From: Psammoneis japonica
Taxonomy: Eukaryota
Assembly (NCBI GenBank): GCA_008632985.1
Contig: QPGO01000049.1
Location: 310,001 to 374,000 of the forward strand
Length of the DNA stretch: 64,000 bases
Reading direction: 5' to 3'
Shown: one piece after another, positions 21,760-33,787 of the stretch
Numbering within the stretch: the stretch's first letter is position 1
How the letters are laid out: each line of letters opens with the position of its first letter
The notes under the pieces: model-generated
Seen by the model: the letters and a program-made list of their open reading frames with translations, nothing else
Databases searched by the model: none
What the model was told of the DNA's origin: nothing
Translations under genes and position numbers: made by a program

Positions 21760-24700
21760 AACTTTGTTGTTGCACAATAAGAATGTGTCAGGTTTGTGAG
21801 AGAAATGCGGAAGAGGAAAACAACAACTCCACAGAAAAAAAAAATCGAAAAAACTGCCGCCGAGCGGCCGATGGCTCGTAATTAGGTTATGAGCGTGCCC
21901 CTTGTGCACGCACTGGCAGGTGTGCCCACTTTGAACTTTAGCTGCTGCTCCCACTCTCTCCCGGTGGCTAGCTAGCTAGGGCTAGCTACTCGCTAGCTAG
22001 CTGGGGCTGCCAGCTCTGCTGTAGCTCCAGTGGCTGGAGCATGACAGGGCCTGGCAGCTCTCCTCTGCAGCAGCTCTGCTCTAGAGAGGCATTGTGTGAA
22101 CAGAAAAAGAGTGTGAGCGGGGTCGCACGGATGCCAACGCACATCCTGGGGGAAATCCAAAGAGTCAAAGATCAAAAGCTGGAACAAAGAACAATCAACA
22201 AACAATCACCAATCAGCACACCACACAATGAAGATTGAGTTGTGAAAAGCAAGAAGAACGTTTCATGGGTGCCACAGGGAAAGACGGAAACATCGCCAGG
22301 CAACTCTCTTTTTCTCACTGAGGAAGATGCTGGCACCAGAGATGAGGGGAAGCTTCTTGGGTGCAGAGGGCTCCTCCCACCTGACAAAAACCAAGTGGGT
22401 GGACTCTGGTCTACATTGAGCTCATCCCTTGATGTTGTCAGGGTGCTTTCTCAATGGAAGCCAGTCAAAAAGAGCACCCAAAGCCAGCAGGGAGGAGTGC
22501 TGCTGCTCAAAAGTGCTGCCAAAAGGAGCACCTCACCTGGAGAAGCTCTCTGCTTGGTCCATCATTTGGAAATTTTTGTTGCAGTCAAGTCATGAGGCTC
22601 CAGCTTTTTGTTGAAAATGTCAACAGCTTGAAATTGGCACCTTGTGCCACTCACCTTGAAAAGCACTCAACACCAAACACGCGATGCTCTGGTGCTTGAC
22701 ACATGTGAAGAGGAGTGCGGCCCTGAATTGCAGCATGTCAAAGGACACCCCACAACCCAGTTGCAGATGCCCTCAGCCATCCAGTGGTCTTAGAGATGCC
22801 TGATTTGCATCCATTGTGTGAAGCCTTTGCACTGGAAACCGTCGCAGCCACCACCAGTGAGCTTTGAGCAAAAGTGTGCCAAAGAACAGCAGAAGGAGGA
22901 TGAGTGCCTTTTGCTGAATTCTTGTGAGATTCCTGGATGAAAGAGCTCAGTGTGGAGTTTGTCTCACATCTCTTTGGCTTGAAGGGCAGCAAGTCAAGGG
23001 TGCTGGAAAAGTGGGGGGTGGTTGGAGATTGCTTGAGTTTTGTTGTTGGTGGCAAGATGATGGCTCGCAAGGTCAAGTTGCTTCAAAAATTTGTGTGTCA
23101 CATGGTGCCAACTGGCAATGGGGGCAGCAATGTCGGGGGCTTTTTGATGGAACATTCTTGTCACCATGACCAAGTTGCCAGCTTTGAACTTGGCATCTTC
23201 AAGGGTGACTTTTTCTGGGAAGCAGCTTGCAGCAAAAAAGCTGCTGCACCCCATGTCATTCTGTGCTGGAGCAACACTGGACAACCCAGGAGACAAGAGA
23301 GCAGATGTGGCTTTTGCAACTCTGGGTGCTTGGCAGAAACTGTGGCAAAATCGTTGCTTTTGACTGCATGTTCCAGCCCAGTCATGCACCTTTCAGTCCT
23401 GGGAGAACAGCCCCAGCAGAACAAGTGTCTTGCATGTTTGTAAAAGCATCTTGGAAATGATGGCCACAAATGTTTCTTGAGGCTTCATGCGATTGTCCAG
23501 CCAACAGCACCGCTGTGTTGACCCCACTGTGCTGTGTGTGTTGCACACTTCAGTGCTTTGCTCTTCTTTTGTGAGGCTGTTTTTGAGGCTTGTTTTCACA
23601 CATGGGTGTGACTTTTGATCATGGATCACATTTTTGTGGCATGTGCACATCTGGAACACAACAACTGCAACAAAGACAATCTGATGCAATGTGGGATGGA
23701 CAAACTGAAAGTGTGCACAATTAAATGACTCACATGAGTGACTCAAGTCACAATGTGTTGCTCTGTCTCTCTCCCCCTCCCTCTCTCTCTGTTGCTCTCA
23801 AACAAGCCACATCAAAGAATGCACCTGATGAAAAAAGTGGGCAAGCAGTTGAGGCAACAGCTGCTGGCCTGTTCCAGCTCCAGGTGATCTGCAATCCATC
23901 ATGTGAGATGCTGGCCAAAAATTGCGCTCAGCACAATGAACTTTTTTAATTTAAATTGTTCTGAAAATGGAAAGGTGAGAGCATGTAAAAAACAAAAGTT
24001 TTGTGCACACTCACCCTTGAAGAAGTTCAATGTGCCAAATGCCAACATGGGCCAGTGACAAATCACACACCTGTGTGCAACACCCAAAGCTGGAACAAGC
24101 CTGCTCTTGGACATGTCAGACAACAGTCTGGAGGCACACCAATTGGGCTGACACTGTGTGACAGTGATGTGACAAAACGGGGCCAGTTGAGAAAGAAAGT
24201 GAGAGGTCTTCTCAGAGAAATCAGCTTGGCTTTCCAGGTCTGGCCATCAACAACAGAATCAGTGTGCAGACAGCACATTTTTTATCTGAGCCAAACACAC
24301 ACACACAGGTGCAGAGCAGCACTTGTTGAATTTAGAAGTGAGAGTTTCGCTCATTGGCTTCATCTGCAGCTGGCTTCAAAAAGTTCCGCAATGTTGCAGG
24401 GTGGACAGACTGCAAGTGCATGTGATCAACTCAAATGATTAACTCAGGCTCAGTTAATTCAACTCTTTGGATGGCATTTTCAACCACAATGAACTCTTTC
24501 CATTTGCTGCATTGGGCAGAAAACTCTGCACACTTTGAGAAATGGCAGTTTTCTTTGGCTCTTTTTTCCTTTTTCTCTGGCACCAGTGCAGTGCTGGCAG
24601 TGCCCTTGGGGTTCCAACCACATTCTTACAGCATTCGTTGAGAGCTTTTAGAAAACTCCAACACAACTGTGATGATTTCGACCATTGAGAAGGATGCATC

Positions 24701-25026
24701 AAAGGAACACAACATCATTTTCGGTTGTGCTGTCTGTGGCTTCTTGATCGCTCTGCATGGCTGGACTCTGAATTTTTCGACGTTTCATTTTTATATCCAA
24801 TTATGTTTACAAACATAAAATTTTGCGCGTACGCACGAAGCCGGACATAAGTCTTTCCCTCTTCATGCTTCATCATCCTTGAGGAAGTGTATTAAATTTT
24901 CAGTCCCACAGCAGTCCCGGCACGACAGAGCATCTTCTCCATGCGTCTGCAGAGGCTTTTTCACACAAATTCAAAATATCAGTCCCCAACTGAAACTTCA
25001 CACAACTAATTATCGCCAAATTCAAA

Positions 25027-25578
25027 ATGAGATTCCTTTTCGCATCAATCATTGTCTTCACATCTTCACTTTTAACCAGGTGCGAGAGTATCGAACGCAG
25101 AGTTGCCAAAGAACGCAATCTCGAATCGTCGGATGAGGACAAATTCGTCGATCCAATTATCCTTTGGGCCAATCCATCTGTCGATGGTTGTCTTCTAGCC
25201 AAGGGGGTCGGAAAAAAGAGTGACGTGATTCTCTCTGGTGGTGAGTGCACTGGGTTCTACCCTGACGACAGCGAAGGAGACGTATTGTTTATCCGCGCTT
25301 TCGGAGAGGATGGCGACCTGTGTTTGCAAGCAGGGTTCGGAAAGTCACTTCGTGGTGGAAGCAAGATGCGACTCTTTCCCTGTGACAAAAATAACGTGTT
25401 CCAGCGGTGGAACACGAACCTTATCGATGAGCCTGGTTCCCTCTTTCTCGAGAGCAACAAGTACGATAATCTCTGTGTCACCCATCGTGGTGTGACCGCA
25501 AACTTAGACGTCGACCCAATCATTTTCAAAAAGTGTGACCGTCTCCCAGAATCTCGCAAGGCATGGAGCTTTGATTAG
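25027..25578 (+). CDS. Secreted ricin-B/beta-trefoil lectin-like protein, copy 1
   Basis: Signal peptide; CL..., C...NVFQRW (QxW) and NLCVTHRG motifs; close paralog at 28007. Confidence 0.7.
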   Translation: MRFLFASIIVFTSSLLTRCESIERRVAKERNLESSDEDKFVDPIILWANPSVDGCLLAKGVGKKSDVILSGGECTGFYPDDSEGDVLFIRAFGEDGDLCLQAGFGKSLRGGSKMRLFPCDKNNVFQRWNTNLIDEPGSLFLESNKYDNLCVTHRGVTANLDVDPIIFKKCDRLPESRKAWSFD

Positions 25579-26149
25579 ACTAGGCAAAGCTCCGCCATTC
25601 CTTTCCAACAGGATAGTGGATTGCACTCAGTTGTTTCGATACACACTATAATGTTGGTCCTCTGTAGGACTTGCTAGTATTTTAGTTACATTCAAATACC
25701 GACACGTAGTTCCGTGCATGGTATGCTAACTTTTAGATTTATCTGGTTTTAGATTGCATGTGCTAATGAAAATTGCACAAAACTGTTTATCAAGGACCAA
25801 TTATACTTTGCAGAGCTCATGAAGAAACACTTGTGCTTTCTGCATTCAGTCAATGCCGTTTACTCACGTAATTGCTGAGACATTCGGCAAGGCGTGTCTT
25901 CATGAAGTGATAGTGCCATGGTGCCGTACAAAATAGCATATCTCCAGTGAGAATTTGTACGCATGAAACTTCATTCAGCTCGGCCCTTGCATTCGTAAGG
26001 AACATTTACTGCCATAAAAATTACCCCTCTAGAGGGCCGAACGCAGCAGCAATAGTAATTTGTCCTTCATCTATCGCAGTAACGATCAATAGTAAGAAGG
26101 AGCACAGAAATCAATTGTGCCGGGGACAACCTTGTGGAGATGTCCTGTC

Positions 26150-26345
26150 TATCTTTTTGGCACCTTCCACTGTTCATGTTAATGCTTCAGCAATCTCTTT
26201 CTCGACTTTCTTTGCTTGATTCCCGAGATACGCGCTCACTTCTGACGACCTTGGAACGGTACCTTTTCAGGGCAGTAGAAAATGACACATCTGTCATTGA
26301 CGGAGAATTGTCGTCAAGGTTAGAACCTGGTTGGTGGCTCTGACA
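26150..26345 (-). pseudogene. Truncated remnant of the 3' end of the 29.2-30.5 kb kinase
   Basis: cttgcttgattcccgagatac...cacttctgacgaccttgg...gacacat aligns by eye with 29243-29316 (cttgcttgattttcaagatac...cacttgcgacgtccttgg...gacacat), at the equivalent position downstream of the lectin copy. Confidence 0.55.
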
Positions 26346-26400
26346 CTGGGATTTTCGATTTGTAGCTTGTTACGTTTCTGTACGCTACCAGGATAACATC

Positions 26401-27300
26401 TCAGAGGTTTGTCGCTGCGTTGCTTGATGCTTCCTTTCGAATATGAGCTTCCTTTCGACTCGGCAATACAGCTTGTAACGCTTTTCCCCAATCGTTGCCA
26501 AATTCTCGATATTTAAGCAAAATATCAAAAACATGGTTGCAGGTCAGAACTGGAGTGGACGCCATGGCCTCAAGATGGTCCTCCAGGGGTAATTTGGCCG
26601 TAGCAACACCCAGCTGTTTCGCTCGGCGAAATGCCGCACCCTTTAAGCGATTTCGATCAACAATGCCGCCAATTACATAAATCTTGTCATTGTCCAGTTG
26701 TGTAATGACGGTTTCGGAATCGCTTGTAAGATAAATCACGTTTGAGAGATTGTCCTTGAAATGCTCTTCAAGCGACTGCGCAGTACGGTGAAAGGCTCGA
26801 TTGGGCCACTCCGAAAAACCAGTCTCGCTTTGCAAGAGCTCCAAGGTTGCACCTTGCAAACTAGTGGCGGCAAAGAGACATGGATGTGGGCTGTTCTTGT
26901 TGTAGGAATAGCAATATCTCATCTGTGACGCCAAACTGGATATCTCCTTGTCGGTCATGGAGCTTTCAAAGGAGCAATCGAGACAAATTTGAAAGGACGC
27001 ATCGGCAAGTGGCTTTTTCTCGACATCCCATGCTTGTTGTCGTCGTTTCTTGCGCTCACCGGCAGCTGTCCGTTCCACCATGAGCATGTGCTCGGCCTGT
27101 AAATCTCGACCTTGAGCAAGGGCCTTTTGTGCTTTTGCGTCCTTTTCGTTTTGTTTGCGTTCCAACTTCTTTTCTTTTTGCCGCTGTCGCTTTTGAAGCT
27201 TTTTGAGCCGAGACTTGGACAAGCCTGTTGACGACGACGACTCGAGGAGTGGGCTCTGAGTGCAATCCGCACTTGCAATGTCCGTCGCATCAGAATCCAT
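26401..27300 (-). CDS. TRM10: tRNA (guanine-9-N1)-methyltransferase, Trm10 family
   Basis: Lys-rich N-terminus; CLDCSF...EISSLASQ, IYLTSDSE, YVIGGIVDRNR, TAKLPL, VLTCNHV and LPSRK motifs. Confidence 0.92.
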   Translation of the reverse strand: MDSDATDIASADCTQSPLLESSSSTGLSKSRLKKLQKRQRQKEKKLERKQNEKDAKAQKALAQGRDLQAEHMLMVERTAAGERKKRRQQAWDVEKKPLADASFQICLDCSFESSMTDKEISSLASQMRYCYSYNKNSPHPCLFAATSLQGATLELLQSETGFSEWPNRAFHRTAQSLEEHFKDNLSNVIYLTSDSETVITQLDNDKIYVIGGIVDRNRLKGAAFRRAKQLGVATAKLPLEDHLEAMASTPVLTCNHVFDILLKYREFGNDWGKALQAVLPSRKEAHIRKEASSNAATNL

Positions 27301-28006
27301 TGTTCGAATGCGAACTACGAATGCTCCCTCAGCGCGTCAAGCATCAATGGAAGATGGAAGCAGAGTGGCGCGGGAAGTCCGAGATGCTTTCAGGGTGCTT
27401 TTGAGCAAAAACGACCGAGGTGGGTGAGAGCTGGGTGAAGAGAACGACGACAGTTGTGGCAGTCAACAGGTTCTTCGACACACCAACATTTTCCGTTGTG
27501 CGTTGCTATTCTCCACAAGGTTGCTGCTCTATGACGTATTCTCATGATGTGGTGGACCATACCGTACACAACAGGGCGACCGGGGACTGCACACCCAACC
27601 CGACTTCTTCTCTCTCTTGGAATGCAAAATTTTGAAATTTGGCGGGATATGGATTGAAACGTGACGGTTATCTCAACGAGCAAAGTTGTAAATTGTGCGA
27701 TTAATTTTGGCAATACATACTCGTTTCTTTTCCGTTGCAGAACAAAAAGTAACCGTTGAACTCAAATTCAGCCACAAAGTTCGAGATTTGGGATTTTCAA
27801 GCTGTAACACGAATGCCGTAGGCTCTTTGAAAAAACCATTCAGACAGCAATGAAGAAGTCCATTAAAATTCTAAATCCCGCAGCAGTCCCTGCACGACAG
27901 GAGGGTACCATACTCAAATAATACATCATGCACTCGCAGAGCGAGGTTGTGTCACAAATTGCAGTTCTCAACTCAATCTTACAATTTTTTCTTCTCCAAC
28001 TGCACA

Positions 28007-28579
28007 ATGAGATTCCTTTTGGCATCAATCACTGTCCTCACATCTTCACTTTTCATCACGTGCGAGGGTGTCGAACGCAGAGCTACCAAAGAACGCAACC
28101 TTGGGTCGTCGTCGTCGGATGAGGACAGATTTGTCGATCCGATTATCCTTTGGGCCAATCCATCTGTCGATGGTTGTCTTCTAGCCAAGGGAGAGGGAAG
28201 CAAGAGTAAGGTTATTCTCTCTAGTGGGGATTGCACCGGGTTCTTCCCTGATGGCGTCGACAGCATCAACAATGGAGACGACGCATTGTTCCTCCGCGCT
28301 GGCGGTATTGATGGCGACCTGTGTTTGCAAGCAGGGTACGGAAAGTCACTTCGTGGGGGAAGCAAGTTGCGACTCTTTCCATGTGAAAAGAATAACGTGT
28401 TCCAAAGGTGGAACCCGAACCTCCTCGATGAGCCGGGTCCCCTCTTTCTCAAGAGCAACAAGTACAATCATCTGTGTGTCACCCATCGTGGTGTGAAAGC
28501 AAACGTTGACGTCGACCCAATCATTCTCAAAAAGTGTGACCGTCTGCCAGAATCTCGCAAGGCGTGGAGCTTTGATTAG
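28007..28579 (+). CDS. Secreted ricin-B/beta-trefoil lectin-like protein, copy 2
   Basis: ATG at 28007 (MRFLLASITVL); highly similar to 25027-25578 over its full length. Confidence 0.7.
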   Translation: MRFLLASITVLTSSLFITCEGVERRATKERNLGSSSSDEDRFVDPIILWANPSVDGCLLAKGEGSKSKVILSSGDCTGFFPDGVDSINNGDDALFLRAGGIDGDLCLQAGYGKSLRGGSKLRLFPCEKNNVFQRWNPNLLDEPGPLFLKSNKYNHLCVTHRGVKANVDVDPIILKKCDRLPESRKAWSFD

Positions 28580-29181
28580 ACTGGGTAAGGCTCCACCGTT
28601 GCTTTCCAATGGCATAGTTGATTACCCTCACTTGTTTCGATACACAGTTTAGTCAATATTCGAATACCGACAAGGAGATCGCATGCCTGGTTAGCCAAAA
28701 TTTAGATTTCGTCTATAGATTGCATGCGCTAATAAAATAGCATAAAAGTATTTATCAAGCACCAGCTACACGTTGCAGAGCTCATGAAGAAACTCTTGTG
28801 CTTCTTGCATTCAGTCAATGCCGGTTGCTCATGAAAAGTGCTGAAGCTATGCGGCAAGGCGTGTCTTCATAATGTGATGCGCCATGGTGCCGTTCACCAT
28901 AGCATGTCTTAAGTGAGAATTGGTACGCATGAAACTTCATGCAGCTCGGGCCGTTGCGTTCGTAATGAACACCTACTGCTTAAAAAATTACTCCTCTAGA
29001 GCCTAGAACCTAACGAAGCAGCTAATAGTAATGGGTCTTTTCCCACCCATTGCATAGGCGGTTCTATGAGATTCCAGCAATCAATCGAAAAGGACCACGA
29101 CATGCTCTTCCGGTCTACCCCGGGGTAATCCCTCTCATAGCAAGGTTATAAAGAAGCAAAGCAAATAATTGACAGTCCGCT

Positions 29182-30468
29182 CTATCCCTTTGGCACCTTC
29201 CATGGCTGATTCAATTCGTCATCACTCTCTTTCTCGAGCTTCCTTGCTTGATTTTCAAGATACTCAGCCACTTGCGACGTCCTTGGTCTCTTTTCGGGTT
29301 CTAGAACAAGACACATGCGCATGGCGGTCCTGAGAGCAACCACGACAACGTCCGTGCTTGTCTCGAACGCCTCTGGAAGCTTCGGAACGTCGCCAGCGAG
29401 CACGAGCTTGATGCCCTCTGATGACCCCATCCCGTCAGCATAGTACTTGTACTCGTTCATTAAGAGTAGATAGAATGTGTTGCCCAGGACATACGTATCA
29501 GTATTCTCATCAAGCACGCTGTATCCATCGACATTTGACGGTGCATCTTTCTGCTCCTCTGGAGCTCTGCTTCGAGATGGCATTGGGTCTCTCCTAACTT
29601 TGCAAGTCCTATTCTCCTTCTCATTCCATTTCAATATCCCTGCACAATTGAAATCATTCAACTGATACCTTCCATGGAGTTTGACGTATTGTCGTTCTCC
29701 AAGATCGCTGTGTACAAACGGCGAACGAACGCCCCCTCCAATCCCGTGAAAGTCGGCAAGACCCTTGGCTGCATCCAGAGCTGCAAACATGCGTTCACCT
29801 CGATTCAAGTCCATGTAGTGGTCTTCCAGTGTTCCTTCATCGGCCCATTCATACAAAGATGCAGAGCCGCAATAGCTATAGATGCTGGCAACATTTTGTG
29901 AAGAGGTTAACTTCTCTGAAATGACAGCGTCCATGGCTTCATTCCGGATCGATGACTCTCGAAATGAGCTGTCCACGTGGCGATTTTTGTAAGCCCATTT
30001 TGTTTCAGCCGATTCGTGCAAGCGAGACACGATTCGGTTTACTCCAGAAGCAACGATGCGAAAAGAATCGTTATTATCATCTAAATAGGAAAAAGTGCTT
30101 TCGTGCATTGTGTTGCATGTTGGATATGGTTTAGTTTGCCAGTCAAACATTAGCGCACACTCTTGTTCTTCTTCATCCCGAATTACCCAAGGAGGTCTCG
30201 TGTCTTTGAAAGTATCGTTTAGGAGAGGCATAGCTTCAGCATCAAGGATTGTCACATTTCCTTTCAAGCTGAATATTACAGAAGATGGTTTTGGGGTGTA
30301 AAACGCCTCACGGAAACGGATTGATTCAATAGACAGAAGCTGCTTTTCATTGTCAACACTGCTTGTGCCCAGACCACATAGGAAGGAAAACACTTGAAAA
30401 AGTACCACCGACACCAATGCTGCAATGTAAAAGGATAACTGGTGGATAAACAGAAGTCGTGACGGCAT
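29182..30468 (-). CDS. Membrane-anchored secretory-pathway protein kinase (PKDCC/VLK-like)
   Basis: N-terminal hydrophobic segment; WQTKPYPTCNTMHE, LTSS..VASIYSYCG, VHSDLGERQY, LNDFN, RAPEE and KRP motifs. The start is uncertain because the ORF is open to 30582. Confidence 0.8.
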   Translation of the reverse strand: MPSRLLFIHQLSFYIAALVSVVLFQVFSFLCGLGTSSVDNEKQLLSIESIRFREAFYTPKPSSVIFSLKGNVTILDAEAMPLLNDTFKDTRPPWVIRDEEEQECALMFDWQTKPYPTCNTMHESTFSYLDDNNDSFRIVASGVNRIVSRLHESAETKWAYKNRHVDSSFRESSIRNEAMDAVISEKLTSSQNVASIYSYCGSASLYEWADEGTLEDHYMDLNRGERMFAALDAAKGLADFHGIGGGVRSPFVHSDLGERQYVKLHGRYQLNDFNCAGILKWNEKENRTCKVRRDPMPSRSRAPEEQKDAPSNVDGYSVLDENTDTYVLGNTFYLLLMNEYKYYADGMGSSEGIKLVLAGDVPKLPEAFETSTDVVVVALRTAMRMCLVLEPEKRPRTSQVAEYLENQARKLEKESDDELNQPWKVPKG

Positions 30469-30780
30469 GTCGAACAGCCTCGAATGCCTCTTTCGTTTGG
30501 TCTTGCGAAGCTGGAGAGAGCTACTCTCGTCGCTTTCCTTTCCTATCACCCCACTCGCCTCGAAGCACCCTATCCTAGCCACTCTCTAGAGAGGGCTACT
30601 CCGTACAAGCAGTGCAGTTCCTTCACCCTTTGACACTTGGCAGAGGTGACAGGTGCGGTGAAAATTGAAAATGAGCGTTGAGCGTTGTGGGGCGGGGCGT
30701 GCGTTGGCGGCTTTTCTTTTGTTCCAATGCTGGGAATCTCTTCTTCCCTCACCGTCTGTAAGCTTATTTTAATACCACTA

Positions 30781-30830
30781 ACCTAACAAACCTGCCCGCC
30801 TAAGGATTCCGGATTCCTTTTTCTGTCTTG
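30781..30830. repeat. Short dispersed repeat, second copy at 47861-47908
   Basis: aacaaa.ctgccc...aaggattccggattcctttt.ctgtcttg at both places. Confidence 0.6.
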
Positions 30831-32019
30831 ATTGGGCGGAAAATGGTTCATTGAGTGCAGAGAAGCTGCCAACAACTCAGTTGAATGAACATTGAATGCT
30901 GAATGCCGCAGCCTTGATGTTGGTGCTGACAGAGTTCAACAGGAGGATGTGAGCCGCCACAAGGCAAAAGTCAAAAAAGCGCACACCTTGTCAAGTCGTG
31001 CCGCCCCTGGGCAAGGGCCTCTGCGCAAACATTGGGCCGTGTGAAGGATGCCGAGGGGTGTGGTCTGAAAAATGAGTTGGGCATGCTCACATTTTATCTT
31101 CATCACATAACATGGGTTTGCGGCATTTGGCGAACATCAATCGTTCTGCTGCCCACATGTGAAATGCCCCAGAAATGAACTTGCGCGGAGGCCCCTGCAC
31201 CGCGACAACTCTGCACACTGTCAAACCATTTCACCGTTCAGCACCCAAATGTCACCACACAAACACCACGGCAAATTGATGCTGTTCACCTGACAGGCTG
31301 TTGTGACTGTGCCCCCTCTCTTCCTTAGAAAGCAGGGGCACAGACCATTGCCACAAGTTCTGCATGAGAATTGTGTGCCCCTGGTTTGGGGGGGAATGAA
31401 TCGGTTTTTGCAAAATGTTGAGTTGGCAAGATTCGGTGAGTCAAGTGGTGATGATGGTTCTTGCAAGAGTGTTCATGCCACACTTCTCATTCATTGTTCA
31501 TCTCCCCCCTGAAGGCAACATGTGGACAACTCAATGTCATGTGAGAAAATGCGATGGACACATCCACGTCATGAACTGTGACAATTTCATTGTGAACAAT
31601 CATCTCATCTCCCACAGAAAGCAGATTTGCTGTGCTGTGAGGCAAAACTTCAGATCAGCAATTGAACTCCCAGAGGGTTTCTGTGGACACGTCAACCAGA
31701 GCTGACAGTGTTCTTCTCCCTTGATGGCCAAGCCAGCGGGCAGCTGATGTGATCCTCAAATGCACCGGTGCGATCCTTCAAAGAAGCAATTCGAGCTTTG
31801 GCACAAACCTTGTGCAGCTGTTGGTGCATCGAACAATGGACAATGAGCAAGGGCCATTGTGCCGTTGTGATTCTGCTCCAATGTGAGTCATCATTGAAGT
31901 GGAATTTTACATTGTCGTCGCATCCTGCTCTCACAAACACTTCACATTTGCTGTCTGCCCCCTTCTTGACACACGCGTCCAAGATGCCAGATGCTGTCCA
32001 TTGAAGGTCTGGGCACCAG

Positions 32020-32370
32020 TCCATTTTGAGAGCACTCATGAACATGAATTTCGTGTTTGGAATGTTTTGTTCTTCAGCCAACTCAGCAGCTTGTTTCACC
32101 TGATTGGGGCCAAGAGACATTCCAGTCACTTGAGAATTGGGCCTGAGGTTTTTTGCAAGATGACAGGAATTTCCTCCTGCTCCACACCCATCATCCAACA
32201 CCTTTGCTGATGAGTCCATTTCTGGACTGGTGCCACCGAGTTTCATCATTTCATCTGCAAAGTCACACTTGGCCTGAATGAAATCCTTCTTCTCATGCCC
32301 TGCCCCCATCTCCTCTTTGGTGCAGCATCCAAGATGGATGTGTTTCACCCCAGCAGTGCTTAAGGATGCC
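32020..32370 (-). pseudogene. Fragment of MPBQ/MSBQ (tocopherol/plastoquinone pathway)-type SAM methyltransferase, hypermutated
   Basis: HIHLGCC...AGHEKKDFIQAKCDFADEMM...KVLDDGCGAGGNSCHLAK...VTGMSLGPNQVK matches the recalled family pattern HIHLGYY...AGY.KK.FIQAKYDF..VLDVGCG.GGTSRYLAK..VTGITLSPNQV. Confidence 0.8.
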
Positions 32371-33787
32371 ATCTTTTCCAGAGCAGTGCAGCAGCTAAAT
32401 GCACCACGGCAACTTTCAGAAGCAGATGCAGCACGGCAAGGAAGCAGAAACAAAATAAATTGAAAACAACAGCCTGATTTCAACATCTTGTTTTACTTCT
32501 GCTCGGCTGGGCTGCAGCTGTGGCACCGTTTTCTCTGATTCATTGACCAAGGACGTTTGAAAGAACACCATCACATTGATGCATTTAAGATGTGATGAGA
32601 TTGAGAAAGGAGGCTGTGAAGGTTTGATGGCCTCATCATTCCCGCACATTGCGGTCAGGATCAACTTTTTCATTGCTGCAATCAGCTTGTCAATGTCTTT
32701 CTTTGTGTGAATTGCAGATGCTGTCATTTGCAATGCTGGTGCAGGGATGGTGTGCATGTGGCCTGCTGCATGTTGACCCATCGACACCATGGCTGCTCCG
32801 TTCTTCAAACAATCTTTGCAATTGAGCCAAAAAGGGCAGTGTTTTTGTCATCATCACAGAGGTCCTCCTCTCTTCAATGACCATTCTTTGACATGAAATG
32901 GGGTCCGATGGGCCACCGCTCACATCTTCAGACTCTTTCGTGTCCTTGGGCTCATGGTTGCTTTTCCCATTGTCTCTTGACGATTGGTGCCGCCACCACC
33001 ATCGGTCTCCTCATCCTCTGCTTGCAGCACTCGCACTGGCAATGACAATGGTCGCAGCACAATCGTCGTCGTCCTCGCCCTGATCCTTGGAGGAGGAAAC
33101 GAAAACAAACTCACAACTTGATGATGACGGCATGGATGATGCACCACTCCAACCAACCAAACAACAATAAAGCTGCATCTTGTCATCATGGTTGTCTGCC
33201 GGCACCGCATTGCACAGGGTGCGTGTGTCGTACTTTCCGCAAACAGAAACGGTGTCAGTTTTGGATGCACAGTGGGGCACCCTAATTCCAATTCAGGCGA
33301 TCCGACGATTTGTACTGTGTAGTCGACCAGTCCGATGTGGCGAAGAATCACAAAGAACAAGCAAACCGGCAGGTGTCTAATTACCTAATCTTTAACGGTC
33401 TAATTGCCAAAATTTAATTCAAACGAAGCTCACGTGCTAACCGGTGAAATCTTTTCTCGGCAACCGACACTCACGGCAACTGGGATTGATTGGGGGTTGT
33501 TAGGGTCTGAACAAAAGACACGCAAAGTTCGCAAAGTTCCTCATGCTGCTGGCGATGTCGAACACTCGGATGCATGAGGGGTGATGCAAAGGATGCTGCT
33601 GTTGAAATCGTCACAAAGGTCTGCAAGATTCACTGTGGCGATGTCCCGAAAGTTGACAGGAGCAGCGAGAACAAAGCTGGCTAAGATGAGGGAGATGATG
33701 CCTCATTGTGCCAAGAGACTCCAAGCTTGCAGTTGTGTACGTCACATTTGGGAGGCAAACTGTCATTGGAAATGACAGTTGTCTTAA

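Larger units (their letters stand above)
24875..29030 (+). repeat. Local segmental duplication: ~24875-26060 vs ~27850-29030
   Basis: Upstream region, CDS and ~450 bp of 3' flank are alignable (e.g. gcagagctcatgaagaa, gcattcagtcaatgccg, gtacgcatgaaacttcat). Confidence 0.85.
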
